Shown one piece after another: positions 1 to 14,000 of a stretch of 64,000 nt of DNA. This stretch comes from Vitrella brassicaformis CCMP3155. Lineage: Eukaryota; Protista; Chromerida. Both the position numbers and the translations under genes were made by a program. Under the pieces are notes generated by a model, which made no database searches, was not told where the DNA came from, and worked only from the letters and a program-made list of their open reading frames with translations. The stretch covers positions 109,079 to 173,078 of the forward strand of contig CDMY01000193.1 in NCBI GenBank assembly GCA_001179505.1, read 5' to 3'. Position 1 is the first letter of the stretch. Each line of letters opens with the position of its first letter.

Positions 1-282
1 TGGCGAGACATGCATGTAGTGGGCCGACAGTCATCGACATCGACGTTTTCTGTTTCAGGAAGGCAGAGGTGGAAAAGGGCCTCCCAACCACCCAATGGCT
101 GGTCCGCATGCAAGCCAGCGATCACTGATCGTATCGTCTGATTGGTATCCCTTGCCTATCTCCTTCTTTGTTTCTTGCCGACAGACGGCGAGGGCATATG
201 CGGAGTTTCTTGGCTTGGTATGGCCGTCAATCAGCCGTGCCCGCACACCTTTCGGATCCCTCATGCTGATGGTTGCTGTGCA

Positions 283-1177
283 GGACACTCGTGGTGCCGA
301 CCTTCAGCTGTATCGTCTGTTTCGGCCCATATTCGCCTCTGACCTGCCGGCGCCGTGGAACGCCAGGCGAGACAGCCAGCAACTGGTGAGTGGCTGATGC
401 AAGCAAGAGAGAGCTTGACACGCGGCGTTGATGCCCTCGTGTGCGTGTGGGTGGGTCAGGTGTTCTTCTATCATCCCGGGCTGGTCACGACACAGTGGCG
501 CCACCCGCTCGAAGGTCAGCTACTTGTCCCCGAAAACTTCTGTCTGGGCGACGGTGGACGTACAATGCCTCTGTGTGCATCTGCTCGAAGAGTTCTACAT
601 GGAGCTCGTCAGCCTCTACAAGGCCCACAGGAGGACCTCTGCATCGGAGGGCGCAGAGCCCGCCGCCCCTCAGACAGCAGAGGGCGGCGGCACTGACACC
701 GACAATAAACCGAGAGAGGCGCTCAAATTCGATGAACTGCGGCTGCGGGCTGCGATAGAGAACATCATAACGGACCTGACGGATGCCGGCCAGCTGGTCA
801 AGCAATACGGCCAGTGGAAGGGGCCCTACGTAGAGAAGAAGGCGCCTCTTACCGACAAGAGGGGGACCTTCGTGCCGTCAGAGGGAGAGGGAGAGGGTGA
901 GGCGCCGTCAAGCCCCACAGACAGACCTGCACAGCCAAGGAAGAGGAGAAAGTACTTTGCTGCGTACAAACAGGTGGCTGAGGGGAGAAAGCTGATGAGC
1001 ACAGCACGGATGGTGGAGATGTGTGTGTGTCTGATCGGTGATGTTATGCAGTCTGAGGGCTCGAAAACTTTCCCGAAAGCTCGATGGGACGACCCCGTGG
1101 AAACAACGGCGAAAGAGCTCACACTCAAATTGACGTACCGTACACACGGCACCCGAACAAAACGACACACACTCTGA
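283..1177 (+). CDS. Hypothetical protein, probable 3' exons (5' end unresolved)
   Basis: A putative exon at 283-385 joins via a GT-AG intron (386-459) into the long 428..1177 frame (PGETASNW|CSSIIPGW...). No recognisable domain. Confidence 0.4.
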
Positions 1178-2063
1178 TGCAACATGTGTCTCCCTGTTGG
1201 ACTCTTTCCAACTGCAGAATGTTGCTGCATCTGTGGAGAGCCGCCTTGCCGGGCTACGCCTTCCCCATCGACCCCCCTCATATATACCGCACCGCACACC
1301 AGGCGGCACAGAGCGCCCTCATTCACCAAAGCAGCAAGCGGCCCACATCCGTGGCCGCCGCTCCACACGACACTGAGAGCGTGAGGAGGGCCTCGCACGA
1401 GAGGCGAGAACGGTGTCATTGATACATGCCTTGTCTTCTGCTATCGTTGACACTGTTGAGGTTTGTTGTCGATACTCAGTCCGGCCTGCTGGCCCACTAT
1501 GGCGCCCACGGTTTGTGTGTTTCCGCGTGTGTGTCTCTCTGTGTCTCCATTTGTGTGCGTGGAGGGCCGATGCTGTCATTGCTACCGTCTTTCCATGCCA
1601 TGCCTGGATGCGCAAGATGCTTGTGTTTTGTGTGTCCGTTTTATTTCCTTCATTCCTGACGCCGAGTGCGCGTGTGACACTGTGCGGCAAGACGGGAGAG
1701 AAGATCTTGGCGTGTGACACGCACGGCGTCGGTGGAACGAGGAACGATTGACGAACGATCTCTCTCCAATTAACGGTCGCGATCGCGCGCGAAGATGCTG
1801 AGCTAGCAGCGACTTCGGGAGTAAAAGCATAAAGCTTGACGTCAGCCCGTGGTTCGTCGGTTGTGTTGCTTCCCAGAGTCGGTGATTTGAATCGCGCCCC
1901 GGCCAGCGAGGGAGGGCGTCGGTGTTTCAGTGCGTGAGAGGGAGGCACACATAGCATCCATCGAGGGTCCTGCCATCCCAGCGGAGGGGGACTCGGACAA
2001 CGGCATCGGTGGTGAGGTGGCCTGTTGACGACGGGCCACCTCTTGTCTGTTGTGCGGGAGTCG

Positions 2064-3418
2064 ATGGCGCAGTCGCCATCCACGCGGAAGCAATGTGACT
2101 TCACCAAGCTGTAAGTGAAGCCGGCACACATGGGAAACACTGTCGGGAGGCAGCCGGGATGCCACACAGCACAGAGTCAGTTTCGCCTTCACGTGGCTGA
2201 GCAGAGAGGCAGCGAGAGCCAGACAGCATGGTGGCTCACAGTCGGATGGCTGTGTGCTTGGAGCCTCGCAGAGGCGCAGTGGTGTCTCGTTTGACGCCGC
2301 TGGACCGCAGGGATAAATTGTTCCTGTCCTGTCTTTCGCCTGTGTGTGTGTGTGTGGTGGTTGTGTGTCAGGATGATAGCTGGTTACGAGATCGACCTGA
2401 ACAACAGCAATACGCAGGACTTCTTCGTCACCTTCAGAGGGCCCAAGGAGAGTAAGCAGACCCTCACACCACAGAAAGAGGGAGGCAGATGTGGGCTCAC
2501 GTCATGTGTCTTTTGTGTGTGAATGGAATGTGTCTTCAGCTGCGTATGAGGGTGGGATATGGAAGGTTCACGTTGAGCTGCCGGACCAGTACCCTTTTGC
2601 GTCGCCATCCATCGGATTCGTCAACAAAATCCTCCACCCGAACGTTGACGAGGCGTACGCACGCACACCAACATCTACACAAAGTTGCATTGCACACTGG
2701 TGTGCCCTGTGCTGGCCTGTGGTTGACTTGCAGGTCAGGGTCTGTGTGTCTGGACGTCATCAACCAGACCTGGACACCACTATACAGTCAGCTACACACA
2801 CAACACCAACTACACCGTTCGGCTCTCATCTGTGATGGCGTGTGTGTGTGCTTTTGTCTGCACATCACACACATCTCTCTGTTTGTAGGTTTGGTGAACA
2901 TCTTTGACGTGTTTCTGCCGCAGCTGTTGACGTACCCCAACCCCACCGACCCCCTCAACAGCGAGGCCGCGTCCCTCTACATGAGGGACAGAAAAAAATA
3001 CGAAGACAAAGTCAGAGGTACGGTGCGGTACGCACCTCCACTATCAATCAATCAATCGCACACACCCACCCACCCACTTCTCTCTCTGTCCCTTTCTTTG
3101 GTTGGCCCCTCAGAGTACGTTCGCGAGTACGCCAGCGAGCGCACGTGGCAGAGTTCTTCATCCCGGCAGGGCTCATCCAAGGCGTCGTCCATGTCGACGT
3201 CCGCCAACGGCAACCCCTCGCGTGCACACAACGGCCCCAGTGGGACCCCATCTGGTGCGGCCACGGACAGCAATGGCGACACGGCCATGGGTGGGGAGGG
3301 AGGGGGAATGGGCGGCGGGGGCGGGGGCGGCGATGATAACGATGAGGACGACCCCATGAGTGAGGTCAGTGACCTGTCGCAGGACAACGACGAGGATGAA
3401 CTCGACCTCGAGGACTGA
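2064..3418 (+). CDS. UBE2H: Ubiquitin-conjugating enzyme E2 H / Ubc8 family with acidic C-terminal tail
   Basis: Six in-frame exons (2064-2110, 2372-2451, 2540-2654, about 2734-2786, 2889-3017, 3114-3418). Spliced product: [16 protein letters not shown]...[60 protein letters not shown]...[15 protein letters not shown] motif and catalytic Cys are present, with a D/E-rich tail. Confidence 0.93.
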
Positions 3419-6400
3419 CACTGACACTGACACAAACGACGGGGGAGCACTCTGCCGGTAGGTCAACACCCACGCAACGCACGCCCCCACAGCACATGCA
3501 TGGGTGGGTTTCTGTGCGTGCGTTGCTCCTGCATCAGGTTTCCCTTCCCCGCCGTGTGTATGGTGTCGGTCGGTCGGTCGGTCGGCCGTTGTTTTTGCTC
3601 TCTCTTCCTTCCTTGGTGTCTGTCGTTGTCATCGTTTTTCCGCTAGCCAGCTGCTCCATTGATGGGATGCATGGATGGGTGGGTAGATGGGTGGGTAGAT
3701 GGGTGGGTGGGTGGGTGGGTGGAGTGAGGGACATATGAATGGAGGGAGCCAGAAGGAACGACGTGACGTGCCCACACGACGGAACGACGACGGATTTTTT
3801 TCGTTTGTTTCGCTTCGCATCGCCCCTACTCCTCCCTCTCTCCCTTTCTCCCGTAACCCACATTCCATTCCCTGCCTGATGTGTTACTCATTCACTCACT
3901 CAGCTACTCGCTTATCGATCCATCCATCCAGCCACATCCGTGTGTCTGTGTGTCTACACGCGCATGCGTCCATGGACGAGCAGACCCGGAGGGAAACGCC
4001 CCTCCTCCCCCCTGTGGATGCACTCTTCCCATGCCCGTCTGCTTGCTGACTCTCTCTCTCTCTCTCTGTCTCTCCCTCCCTCTCTCTAGTCTAGGCTTTC
4101 AATTCGGCGGCCCTCTATGTCTGTCTGTCTGTCTATCTGTCACTCCATACGCCTGCTGTCAGTCTGTATTGTGTGTATGTGTGTGTGTGTGTGTGTATGT
4201 CATATTGCTGCCTCACCTACTTGCTCCTGAAGCGATACCAAAAATGGGAACGGACGGACGCCTGGCCGGCCGCTTTTGTTGTTTCCTCTTGTCAAGCCTG
4301 GATGGGTGGGCGGATGGATGGATGGTGTGTCTGTCTGGTTTGTGTTCTCTCTCTCTCTCTCTCTGGCTAGAGACTGCGTCGGCAGGAGCGGGGAAGGTGT
4401 CCGCCTGTCCGTTTGTCAGTCTGTCTGTCTGTGTTGGTTCTCTTGTACCATACACCGTGTTAAGATGATTCACGCGTACCCACCCATCCATGCACAACAT
4501 GCAACACACGCAGGCAGACGTACACACACACACAGACACATACCTTTCCAGCATATGCACAGACGTATTTTGTCAAGGTGTTTGGATAATTGGTCGATGT
4601 GCCACGTACCCCCGTGGGTGTGTGTGGAAGAAAGTGTGTGTGGGGTGAGTGAGTGGACGAATGAAAAAGCGCCCTGCTGATGTACCATAGTATTGCTGGC
4701 TGGCTCGCTACACGTGCCGAATACACGGTCGCCGACGCATGTCTGTCTGCCTGTCTGTCTGTCTGTGTCTGCGCATGGCATCTGGTGGATAACGAACACA
4801 CACACACACTCACTCCCTCCTGTGTGGATCGATCCACCTTGCAGTGACTGCTGGTGTCGTCGTCTTTTTCCCATGATGAGTGTGATGATGCACACACCAC
4901 CACACCACACCACACCACACAGTCTGGCCGGCCACCCCCTCCCCCCTCCTCATGTCTGTCTGTCTGTCTGCCTGTTCATCTCTTCTAGCTAGTGCCTGCG
5001 TCCGTGCGTGTCGGCTGGCCGGTAGACGGACGGACTTCCTTCGTGTGTGCGCGGACACGTACCTATCTACTCGGCTGGAAGAGAGACAGCAGCGGTCAGG
5101 ACAGACACGACGGACAAGGGTTGTCTGCCAAATGAGCGCATACGAAGGAAGAAGTAAAGGACAGGAAGGAAAGCTGACTGACGTGGATGGCTGGATGGCT
5201 GGATGGATGATGGCTGGTGGCGTAGCGTGCACAATCGGACCTCATCGATCACATACAGACCGGCCGAGCGACTCAAGTAAGTGTGCGGACGCGGTGTGAT
5301 GCTGCTGGTTGCTGGCTGATACACACAGACACACATACACACGTCCACTGGCAGAAAGAGAGACGGGCAGACCAGAGGCAAGGCAGGGGCCAAGCGGCGG
5401 AATGGGACGACCTGTGCCCACCAGTTTTCGATGATACCATGCCATACCATCATATGCATGCTTTCTAGGTGTTGGTCAGTCAGCCATCTATCTCTCGACA
5501 CAAGACCGGACGTTTCTCTTTCTTAAGATATGCAGAGTGCTGTTTCTTTCTTTCAATACCTACCCGCACCGAGCCAGCCAACAGACCGACACACAGCCAG
5601 CCAGCCAGCCAGCTAGCTCTGTTTCTCTGTTTCTCTGTTTGTCAGTGCACTCACTCCATGTAAGTATAGCCAACCGAGTGTCTCAGCGGCTCAGGCGTCC
5701 ACCCATGCCGTCGTGTCAGTCAGTGAGTCAGCGAGGGGTATTTTTGTGTGATCGATCGTATCGCCATACGCCATGCGGTGCGGTGCGATGCGATGCGCCT
5801 CTCACCCATCTGCTTCCTTCCCCTCTCCGTGGATGTCGCCACGACCTCACACCTTTCCTCTCACACCTCACCTCTCTCTCCTCTTTCTTCCCGTATGCGT
5901 CACTCTTTTTGCTTGCCGTGCCGTGCCATGACATACCACACATTCACACGCACACGTGAGTGATCGGTTGACGTTTTTTGTGCACACCATGCAGCAAGTA
6001 CCGTGGAGTGAGTACACACAGTACAGTCAGGGGACAAACGTGGCGATCGCACTGCTAGGAACTCTGGTGTGACTAACCGTCGTATGGTGGAGGGATGGAT
6101 GGATGGATGGATGAGGCAGTCAGTCAGCCAGCGAGGCATGGAAGGGAGAGTCGTTGTGGTGTGTGCCCTGTCTGTGAGGTCCTTTCCAACGAAACCGACC
6201 ACTCACTACGGGCGCGGCGGCAGCCAGCCAGCCGTAGGGGGTGGGTGGGCGAAGAGAGAGAGAGAGTGCTTAACAACCGACCGATGGGTGTGGTGTCCGT
6301 GCTTGGTTTGTTGGTTTGTCGTTGCATTCGTGTGTGCCTGCCTGCCTGCCTGCCTGCCTGCCTGCCATGGGTGCCTGTGGTGTGTCGATGTGATGTGTGG

Positions 6401-6700
6401 CTGCGATTTTGCTGTCGTTGTGATGTAGGCAGTGTAGGCAGGAGGCAGGCGATTGTTTGCTGCGAGGGATGCATTTGAGATGGATGGATGGATGGCACAG
6501 GCGCCAGCCGAAGCCAACCAGTGAGTCAGCCAGTCAGTCAGCCAGCCAGACGTGCACTGCATGTACTGCTTGCCCCGCCCCCACGCCCGCCGCCCATCGG
6601 GTGCAGTGCAATCAGCTGCGGTGAGAATCCCAGAAAGGGCCGAAAAGTCAGTCATGAACACACGCATGCATTCATGCATCGCCTGTAAGACCTGTGCCCT
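3419..6700. repeat. Microsatellite-dense UTR/intergenic region
   Basis: Many (GT)n, (CT)n, (CTGT)n, (GGAT)n, (GCCT)n and (GCCA)n tracts. The ORFs here are repeat translations. Confidence 0.8.
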
Positions 6701-6836
6701 GAACGCTCGCGCCGTCCCACATCGCATGCATCCTTCGATCGCGCTGTAGATCGCGGCGAAGGATCGGGTGTTTCGTCGCACCCCTCACCTCCACACACCC
6801 TCTCCGATCTTCCATATATCGCACCCTCCACCCGCG

Positions 6837-9621
6837 ATGGCGATGATCTGGCTGTCCCTCGCAGCGGTCCTGGTGGCTCTCCTCCCCTCCACACCCATCG
6901 CTCTCGAGTGCAATGCGCCCAACGCGGGAGCACTGTCATCCATCCCCCACTGCGTGCCGCTCTCTGACGAAGCCATCTTTTACTGGCGCTTCGACGACAG
7001 CCGAGGAAAGATCCAGCTCGGAGGACACTTTAAGGCGGCCGGATGGGTCGGATTGGGCCTGTCAGCAAACGGCGGTAAGTGCGCAATGCAGATCTCACGG
7101 TTGCCGCATCGTCACGCACTGGCGTACTTGTTGATCTGCCCGGCGTGCAGGCATGAAGGGTGCTGACATCATTGTGGTCCGCGAAGGCAGCAACGGCACA
7201 TATGTGGTGGAGGACATGTTCTCCACCGACTACGCGATGCCCACGCTCGACGCACAGCAGAATGTGGAGCTGATCTTCGCCAACCGCACTGGACAGGAGA
7301 CCGTGTTTCTGGTTGAGCGGGATATAGAGCCGTGCGACATATGGGAAGACTTTGACATCAGCAAGGGAGAAATGAAGGTAGGTATGTCGTGGCCTTAATG
7401 GATGGATGGACGGCTGGATGGGTGCAGTGTAGCCACAGCAGCTGCGTGTGTTGCCCGTGTGTGTGTGTATGTGCGTGTGTGTGCAGGTGATCGCCGCGTG
7501 GCAAGCTGAAGAGATCCACGAGCTGATGTATCACGGGCCGGCCAAGAGGGTCACCAAGGCACTCATTCTCAGAGACCACGACCAGATCAGCCCCATCGAG
7601 CAGACACCGGGCATCCAGACCGTCGACATTCAGATGCCTAACGTAAATAACACACTCATCCACTCATCCATCCACTCGCCGAGCCGATCCACAGACATGC
7701 ACCCATCGCATCGTTTTTTCTTGTTTGTATGTTTTGGTGTGGTGTGGTGTGGTGTGCAGGTGACCATCCCGTCCAAGCACACGACGTACATGTGTCTGCC
7801 CGTGGTTTTGCCCGACGACCGCAAATACCATATGGTAGCCAACGACCCATTGATCTCTCCTCAAAGGGGCGGCGACCTCGTCCATCACATGATCATCTAC
7901 CACTGCGACGCACCGGAAGAGCGTATGCGCCATACAGACAGACACCCACCCACCCCACACACACAGACAGAGGGAGGGAGGGAGGGAGGCATGATTGTTC
8001 ATGTGTGTGCAGCATCGTCCTGGTTGAGTGGTCCCAAGCCGTGTGGCGAGATGAAATGCGGCTTCTGGGCTGGCTGGGCGGTCGGTGGCGGCAGGTGGGT
8101 CGCACCAGAGCAGGCGGGCATGCCCATGGGCAAGGGCCAAGGGTCGGCACGATACGTCATGCTCGAGGTGAGACACACACACACACACACACACGGAGGC
8201 CCGGAAGGCGCCCTAGACGCCCTGCATATCATTTTGTGTGACACGCAGGTGCATTATGACAACCGTGAGTTCCTGGAGAACATCACCGACAGCAGCGGCT
8301 TCAGGCTCTTCTATACGGATGACCTACGGACACACGACGCCGCCGTGCTCACACTGGGCCGGCCACTGGAGTCGCTCAAGATCCCACCTGGCGAGAGCTC
8401 ATTCCTCCTCTCCAATGAGTGCCCGGGGTGAGCTGCTGCACGACACGAGCCACAAATGCAGGTGTCATGTCGGTGGCTTGGATATCTGTGTGCTTATCAA
8501 AACATACAGTGAGTGCACTTACAAGAAGCTGCCGGCTGGCGGGCTGACGGTGTTCGGTGTGGCCCTCCATGCACACGAGTACGGCACCTCCATCATCACG
8601 CGACACATCAGAGGTGCGGGGCGTGGCGTGAGCGAGAGGGCGGGGCGACAGACAGACACCAACACGGATACCTACCGAGCACAGATGAGATGTGTGTGTG
8701 TGTGGTGTGCAGATGGGAAGGAGCTGGCTCCCCTGGGCCACCAGCCCTACTACGATTTCAACCATCAGCAAATGGACTACGTCGACTCACGAAAGATCCT
8801 GCCGGGCGACAGATTCATCACCGAGTGAGCTACCCACCACCACCAGGCGCCCCCACTGGTCATTTCCTCTTCCGTGTGCCGTCTGTCTGTCTGCCTGTCT
8901 GTCTGTCTGTTCAGGTGCGTCTTCAACTCAGAGAGGGCGGATAAGCCCATCCTCGGAGGTGAGTCCACCACTGAAGAGATGTGCTTCGCCTTCACCTTGT
9001 AAGTATGCGAACACACACACACGCCCACACGCGCACACACGAGCACGATACACTGACGCAGAAGTGTCCCCCTGTGCTGTGTGCAGCTATTACCCGATGA
9101 TTAAGGGGTGGAGTTGCCTTGACTTCGTCGAGCAGCCAGGCTTCGACGACATCAAGAATGTCTCAGCGGACACCTCCTTCGCCCTGTGCAGCGGCGAGTC
9201 GCTCGCAGTCGACAGACGACAAAGGCGGAGGAGGAGGATGCAAGTCGAGAACAACACTGACACCGACAGCAACAACAGCACAGAAAAGGCCAATGATGAC
9301 GCTGAGGAAGACGACGACAAGGACATCTCTCCCGAGGAGTTCAAGCGCCGCTTTGTGGGCTACAACAGGACAGAGCTCGACACCTATATCCGCTTGGAGG
9401 AGCCGAAGGCTGACCGGCTCAGCCTGGAGAGATGTGGGGGCAAGAAGGAGGAGGGAAAGATGCCAGTGGTCAAAAGCCAGGCCACCGGCAATGATGACAG
9501 TGGCGTCGGTGTGGTGGAGGTGATGGGCGCTTCCGATGCCACTGGGGCTGCCGCAAAACTGGCGTGTCCGGGGATGCCGATGCTCGTGGGGGTCGCCATG
9601 AGTGTGCTGCTGATGATGTAG
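6837..9621 (+). CDS. DOMON + copper type II ascorbate-dependent monooxygenase (DBH/MOXD1-like), signal peptide and hydrophobic C-terminal tail
   Basis: About 10 exons. Signal peptide MAMIWLSLAAVLVALL; DOMON motif GWVGLGLSANGGMKGADII; Cu-ligand motifs VHHMIIYHC, EVHYDN, LHAHEYG and EEMCFAF; YDFNHQ; C-terminal PMLVGVAMSVLLMM*. Confidence 0.9.
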
Positions 9622-11076
9622 AGATGGCGCAGAATGAAGGTTTTTTCGTTTCAGACACGTGTGTGTCGACGTGAGGTCTGCAACAAGGCGGGTAGCTGAA
9701 TCGGCATCTGCCTGCAATTAGGTGTGCCTTTCTGTCTGCTGGCATCCTAATTACTGACAGCACTGCTGGATGGATTCATTCACACGGAGATACATGTACG
9801 TGTGTCTGTCTGTCTGTCTGTCTGGGTGTGTGTGGTGTGGTGTGGTGTGGGTGTGTGTCGCCTTTATGTTCATCCGTGCCTGCCTGCCCGAGGCGTGTCT
9901 GTCTGTCTGTCTGTCTGCGTGTGTCATGACATGTGCTGTCTGTGTCTATCTATCTGAGTGTGCTGCTTGGTGTGTACGCACCCACTGCTTTTTAGCTCAA
10001 GTGAGTGCATATCTGCCATACGTGGCATACGTGGCGAGTGGCATTTGTGGCCGCGACATACATACAGATGGACAGACGTCCATCCATACGGTCGATCATA
10101 GATGAACCTGTGTGGTGTGCCGTGTCGTGTGGTGTCGGGTGCACTGTTCACTGACTGACTGTTGCATGATGGATGACGGGATCGCAGGACAGACGGCTGC
10201 CTGCGCATCCTCTCGCAAGAAAGATGTCTGTGTGTGTGTGTGTGTGTGCCTACTCCCTCACACACACACATACACACATCCGCATCGAGAGGCTGTGCAC
10301 GCACCCGCCTTGCCTTGCCTTGTCTTGTTTGGTGAACCTAGTTCCGCTGTGGAGCGTCGTACGGTTAAATCTTACATCCATCCTGATGTGATTGATGTAC
10401 ACGGACGGGATCATTCCTAACGATTTGGTCGGATGGATGGATGGATGGCTGGATGCATGGGCTGGGTGCAGCCCAGCCCCCCTACACCTCTCTCTCCCCT
10501 TTGCTGCTCTCTTTTTCGTGGGGGCCTCCCGGCGTGCGTGCGTGCGGACCTGCATAACAGGCATGTGCTGTTGGTTCTTTATTGTTCGTGCTGGGCTGTG
10601 CTTGTGTGTCTTCTGACGTGTCTGTCATGGAGGGACCCACAGGGCATCCAGACCAACACACACACCGACCTTTGGCGCTGGTTCAAGATTGAAAGTATGA
10701 TCGTACTCCGTCTGTCTGTCCGTCTGTCTGTCCATTGCTTTTCATCAAGCAGGCGGGCAGAGACACAGCAGCAAATTCCTTTCTCCCTTCCCTTGGTGTA
10801 AGCAAAAGCCATTAATTAGGTCGCTTTGGACCTACAACTTGGTGAAGCAGAAAGCAGGTGTGCTCACTCACTCAAGCCACAGCAAAACAATCGATCCACA
10901 GCAAAACAATCGATCCCCCGCCCCATCACACACACACACACACACTCACGCACTCACACGCCCCAACAGACAGTCAACCCCCACGGTGAATTCGCCCTCC
11001 CCCCTCCCTGCTCCCTTGATGCTGAAGGCCTATATGTCTATCTGTCTATCTCTCTATGTTGTATGCTATCGGTCAG

Positions 11077-14000
11077 TCAACTTTTCTTGACGGCTGGTGC
11101 CTGCAGCACGTCCACAATCTGGGAGATGGCCGCGGACGTCATGCTCCTGACGACGCCCGTCGCCTCCCCCACCCCCATGGACCCCTCCCCCACCTTTCTG
11201 GCAATCGAGTGCACCGCCCCCTGCTTGTCGCGCCGCAGCAGCTGGATGGCCACCAGCCCTATGGAAGGCACCGACAGGCCCAGGCATTTGCTCTCCTGCC
11301 CCTCCGCCTCTCCCCCTCCCTCCCCGTCTTCGGTCTTGACGCGTGCCATGACTGCGTTGCTGAGGGTCTTTTGCACGTCGAGGTGCTTCATGATGGGCAC
11401 CAGGTACCGCCACGCCATCGAGGCCCTCTCTCCCATGTCCACCACTTTCTGGGGCAGGTCGGTCAGGCCCACAGGCTCGGGCTCGGCTGTTGGGGACGAA
11501 GCCGACTCGCCACCATTATCGCCACCACCATTAGTCGTCGTCGCCAGGTCGGTGAGGACTTTCTGGAAGCCTTGAGACATGAGCGTGATGGATGAGGAGT
11601 CCGTATCGTCACTGACGTTGTTATCGTCCTGTTTGCCTGTCTCTTCTGTCTCATCCTTGTCCTTTTCCTTGCCCTTTTCCTCCTGGTGCCGTCTCGATGG
11701 CCGACCACTTTCCTCTCCAGCTGTTGAAGGGTGGTAGAAGAGCTCCACACGAGGAGGGCCGTAGGGGTGATACCGTGGCCTACAGGCAGTGAGCCTTTGC
11801 AGCATCGAGCTCGGCGTCAGCTGCCCCCCGCCCCCCTCCCCCTCTGCCTCTCCGTCTCCGTCTCCCTCAGTGCATCGGCCCATGACGAGCATGTCGTCCA
11901 GCTCGTCTTTGAAGCGAGACGAGGAGGACCGCGGGTCGGGGTCCATGTCCATGAAGGCCCGCTCGGCATCGCTCGTGGGCCCCGGTGGCAGCATGTCCAT
12001 GTCCGTCGTCAGTGTGGCGTCGTCGGCCTCCGTCTTCAGGTGGCTCTTTCCCCTCTTGCTGCGGCGGGCGGGGCCGTACTTGGTGGGCATGTCTTTGTGT
12101 TTGTGTGTGTAGGGGGAGATGCCGAGGGAGGGGGTGGGGCTGAGGGACGATGTGCCGCCCATTGCAGCAGCAGCAGCAGCAGCAGCACTGTAGTGGTGGC
12201 CGCCGAGCGACCGGTCGATGTCGTACATGGCTATGGCGCCATCCTGCACAGCACACATGACAGACACGAAGGAGAGAAAGAAAAAGAGACACAGCTGGCA
12301 CCAACCATCACCAAGGCAAGGCAGGCACCACCTCCCGATTCGGCCCAGCCCACATACCTCCATGTGTGCATCAGCAGCAGCAGCAGCAGCAGCGTGTGCG
12401 TGTGCGTGTGCGGCGGCTGAGGATTGCGCCACGGCCTCACTGAGCATCTGAGCCATGTGATACTGGTGTGCTGCCTCGCTGGCCAGGAGCATCTGGGCGC
12501 CCAGCTCGTTGGCCATCGGGGTCCATGTGGTCGCCTTGGCCATGACGGGCGGCTGGCGAGAGAGCTTGGCGCGCACCCGCTGATGGACGACACTGAGAGG
12601 GAGGCGCCGCATGTGCTCCAGGTGGAGACGCTGGACCAGACCCCACAAGTCACTGACACGACAATGGGTGGATAGGCATAGCATAGGCAGATAGGGAATT
12701 CATGGGAGACAATTTAGGCGAACCATCGATATGCCAATCTCAGGAGATCTTCGTTCTTGAGCAGACAGATGCGCTGCCCTTGCTCAGTGCCTGCGACAGT
12801 ACAGGACATCACTCACATCAATCAATGCCTTCAAGGTACACTGACTGCACTTAGGTAGGTAGGTATCATCAGACCAGACCGCATACACACCTGAGAGTCC
12901 CTTGAGACGGATGCATCGGCGGAGCATTTCTCGCCCGGCCTCACCCAGTGTCAGCGTCATGCCATCCTCATACTCAAACCGCTGCAGCACACACGCACAC
13001 GAACATACCATGGATGCGACACCTATCGATGTAGCCCGCCTTCTCATTTCCCCACCCTGACCAGTTTCGGCGGGATGGTTGAGACCTCACAGAGCCCCAG
13101 CAGGTCGTCCTTGCTGATCTTGAGCCCATGTATGGTGACCTCTTCGACACCCGTCTCCCTCCTCCGCAAGTATCCCTCCACCTTGACACGTCGCGACTTT
13201 GGCGGCGGCCGGTAGCGCTCCTCCTCCTCTATTATCACCTGACCCGTGCCGCCCACCTCCAGCAACTTGGGCACTCGCAGGCCACCCGACACACGACGCG
13301 GCACGTACTCGTCCTCATCCTCATCGCTGCTCTCCCCCTTGGTGCCGTCCTGGCTCTCGCCCTCCATCTCCGGACGCCACTCGTCCGACCCGTCATCGGC
13401 AGGGGGGTCCTCAGCCATTGACATACCAGGGGGAGGGGGCGTCACCGCCTTGCTTGTGGCGCGACCGCCTCTGCGCCCCTTGGCGCCACGGCCCCTCCCT
13501 CTCCCCTTGCGCGGCGACACGTTCCAGCCGCCCCGGGTAGACCCACGCGGGCGGCCTTTGGGTCGGCCGCGGGTGCCCTTCTTGCCCCTCGTGCAAGGCC
13601 CCTCTTCGTTGGAGCCCGGGGAGGGGGACCGAGTGAAGAAGGGCATCATCATACTGTGGGGACGACCGCAGGGGAGACACACATACATGTGTGTGTCTCT
13701 GTTTGAGTTGTTCGCCTGTATATCGTACCGTGGTGGGAAGGGGAAGGGCATGAAGGGGCTGAAGTGCGGGTAGTGCATCTGGTACTGCATCAGCCGGTGC
13801 ATCACGTCGAACGGCATGCGGCCCTCATAACCCAAGTAGCCCGCACCCTCCCCCGCACCACCCCCTTCTCCGTCGTGTGCCCCGTAACCATCAGCACCAG
13901 CAACGTCATCACAATCACCACCGCGGCCGACCAGGGCCTGGAAGGAATTAATTGACCCAAACTATGTGTCTCTCGGGTTTCCGTGCAGTGCAGTGCCGTG

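Noticed and set aside
3496-6700. Dozens of 60-195 aa ORFs rich in CVCV, LSLS, WMDG and THTH
   Set aside because: They are translations of (GT)n, (CT)n, (GGAT)n and (AC)n microsatellites in non-coding DNA.
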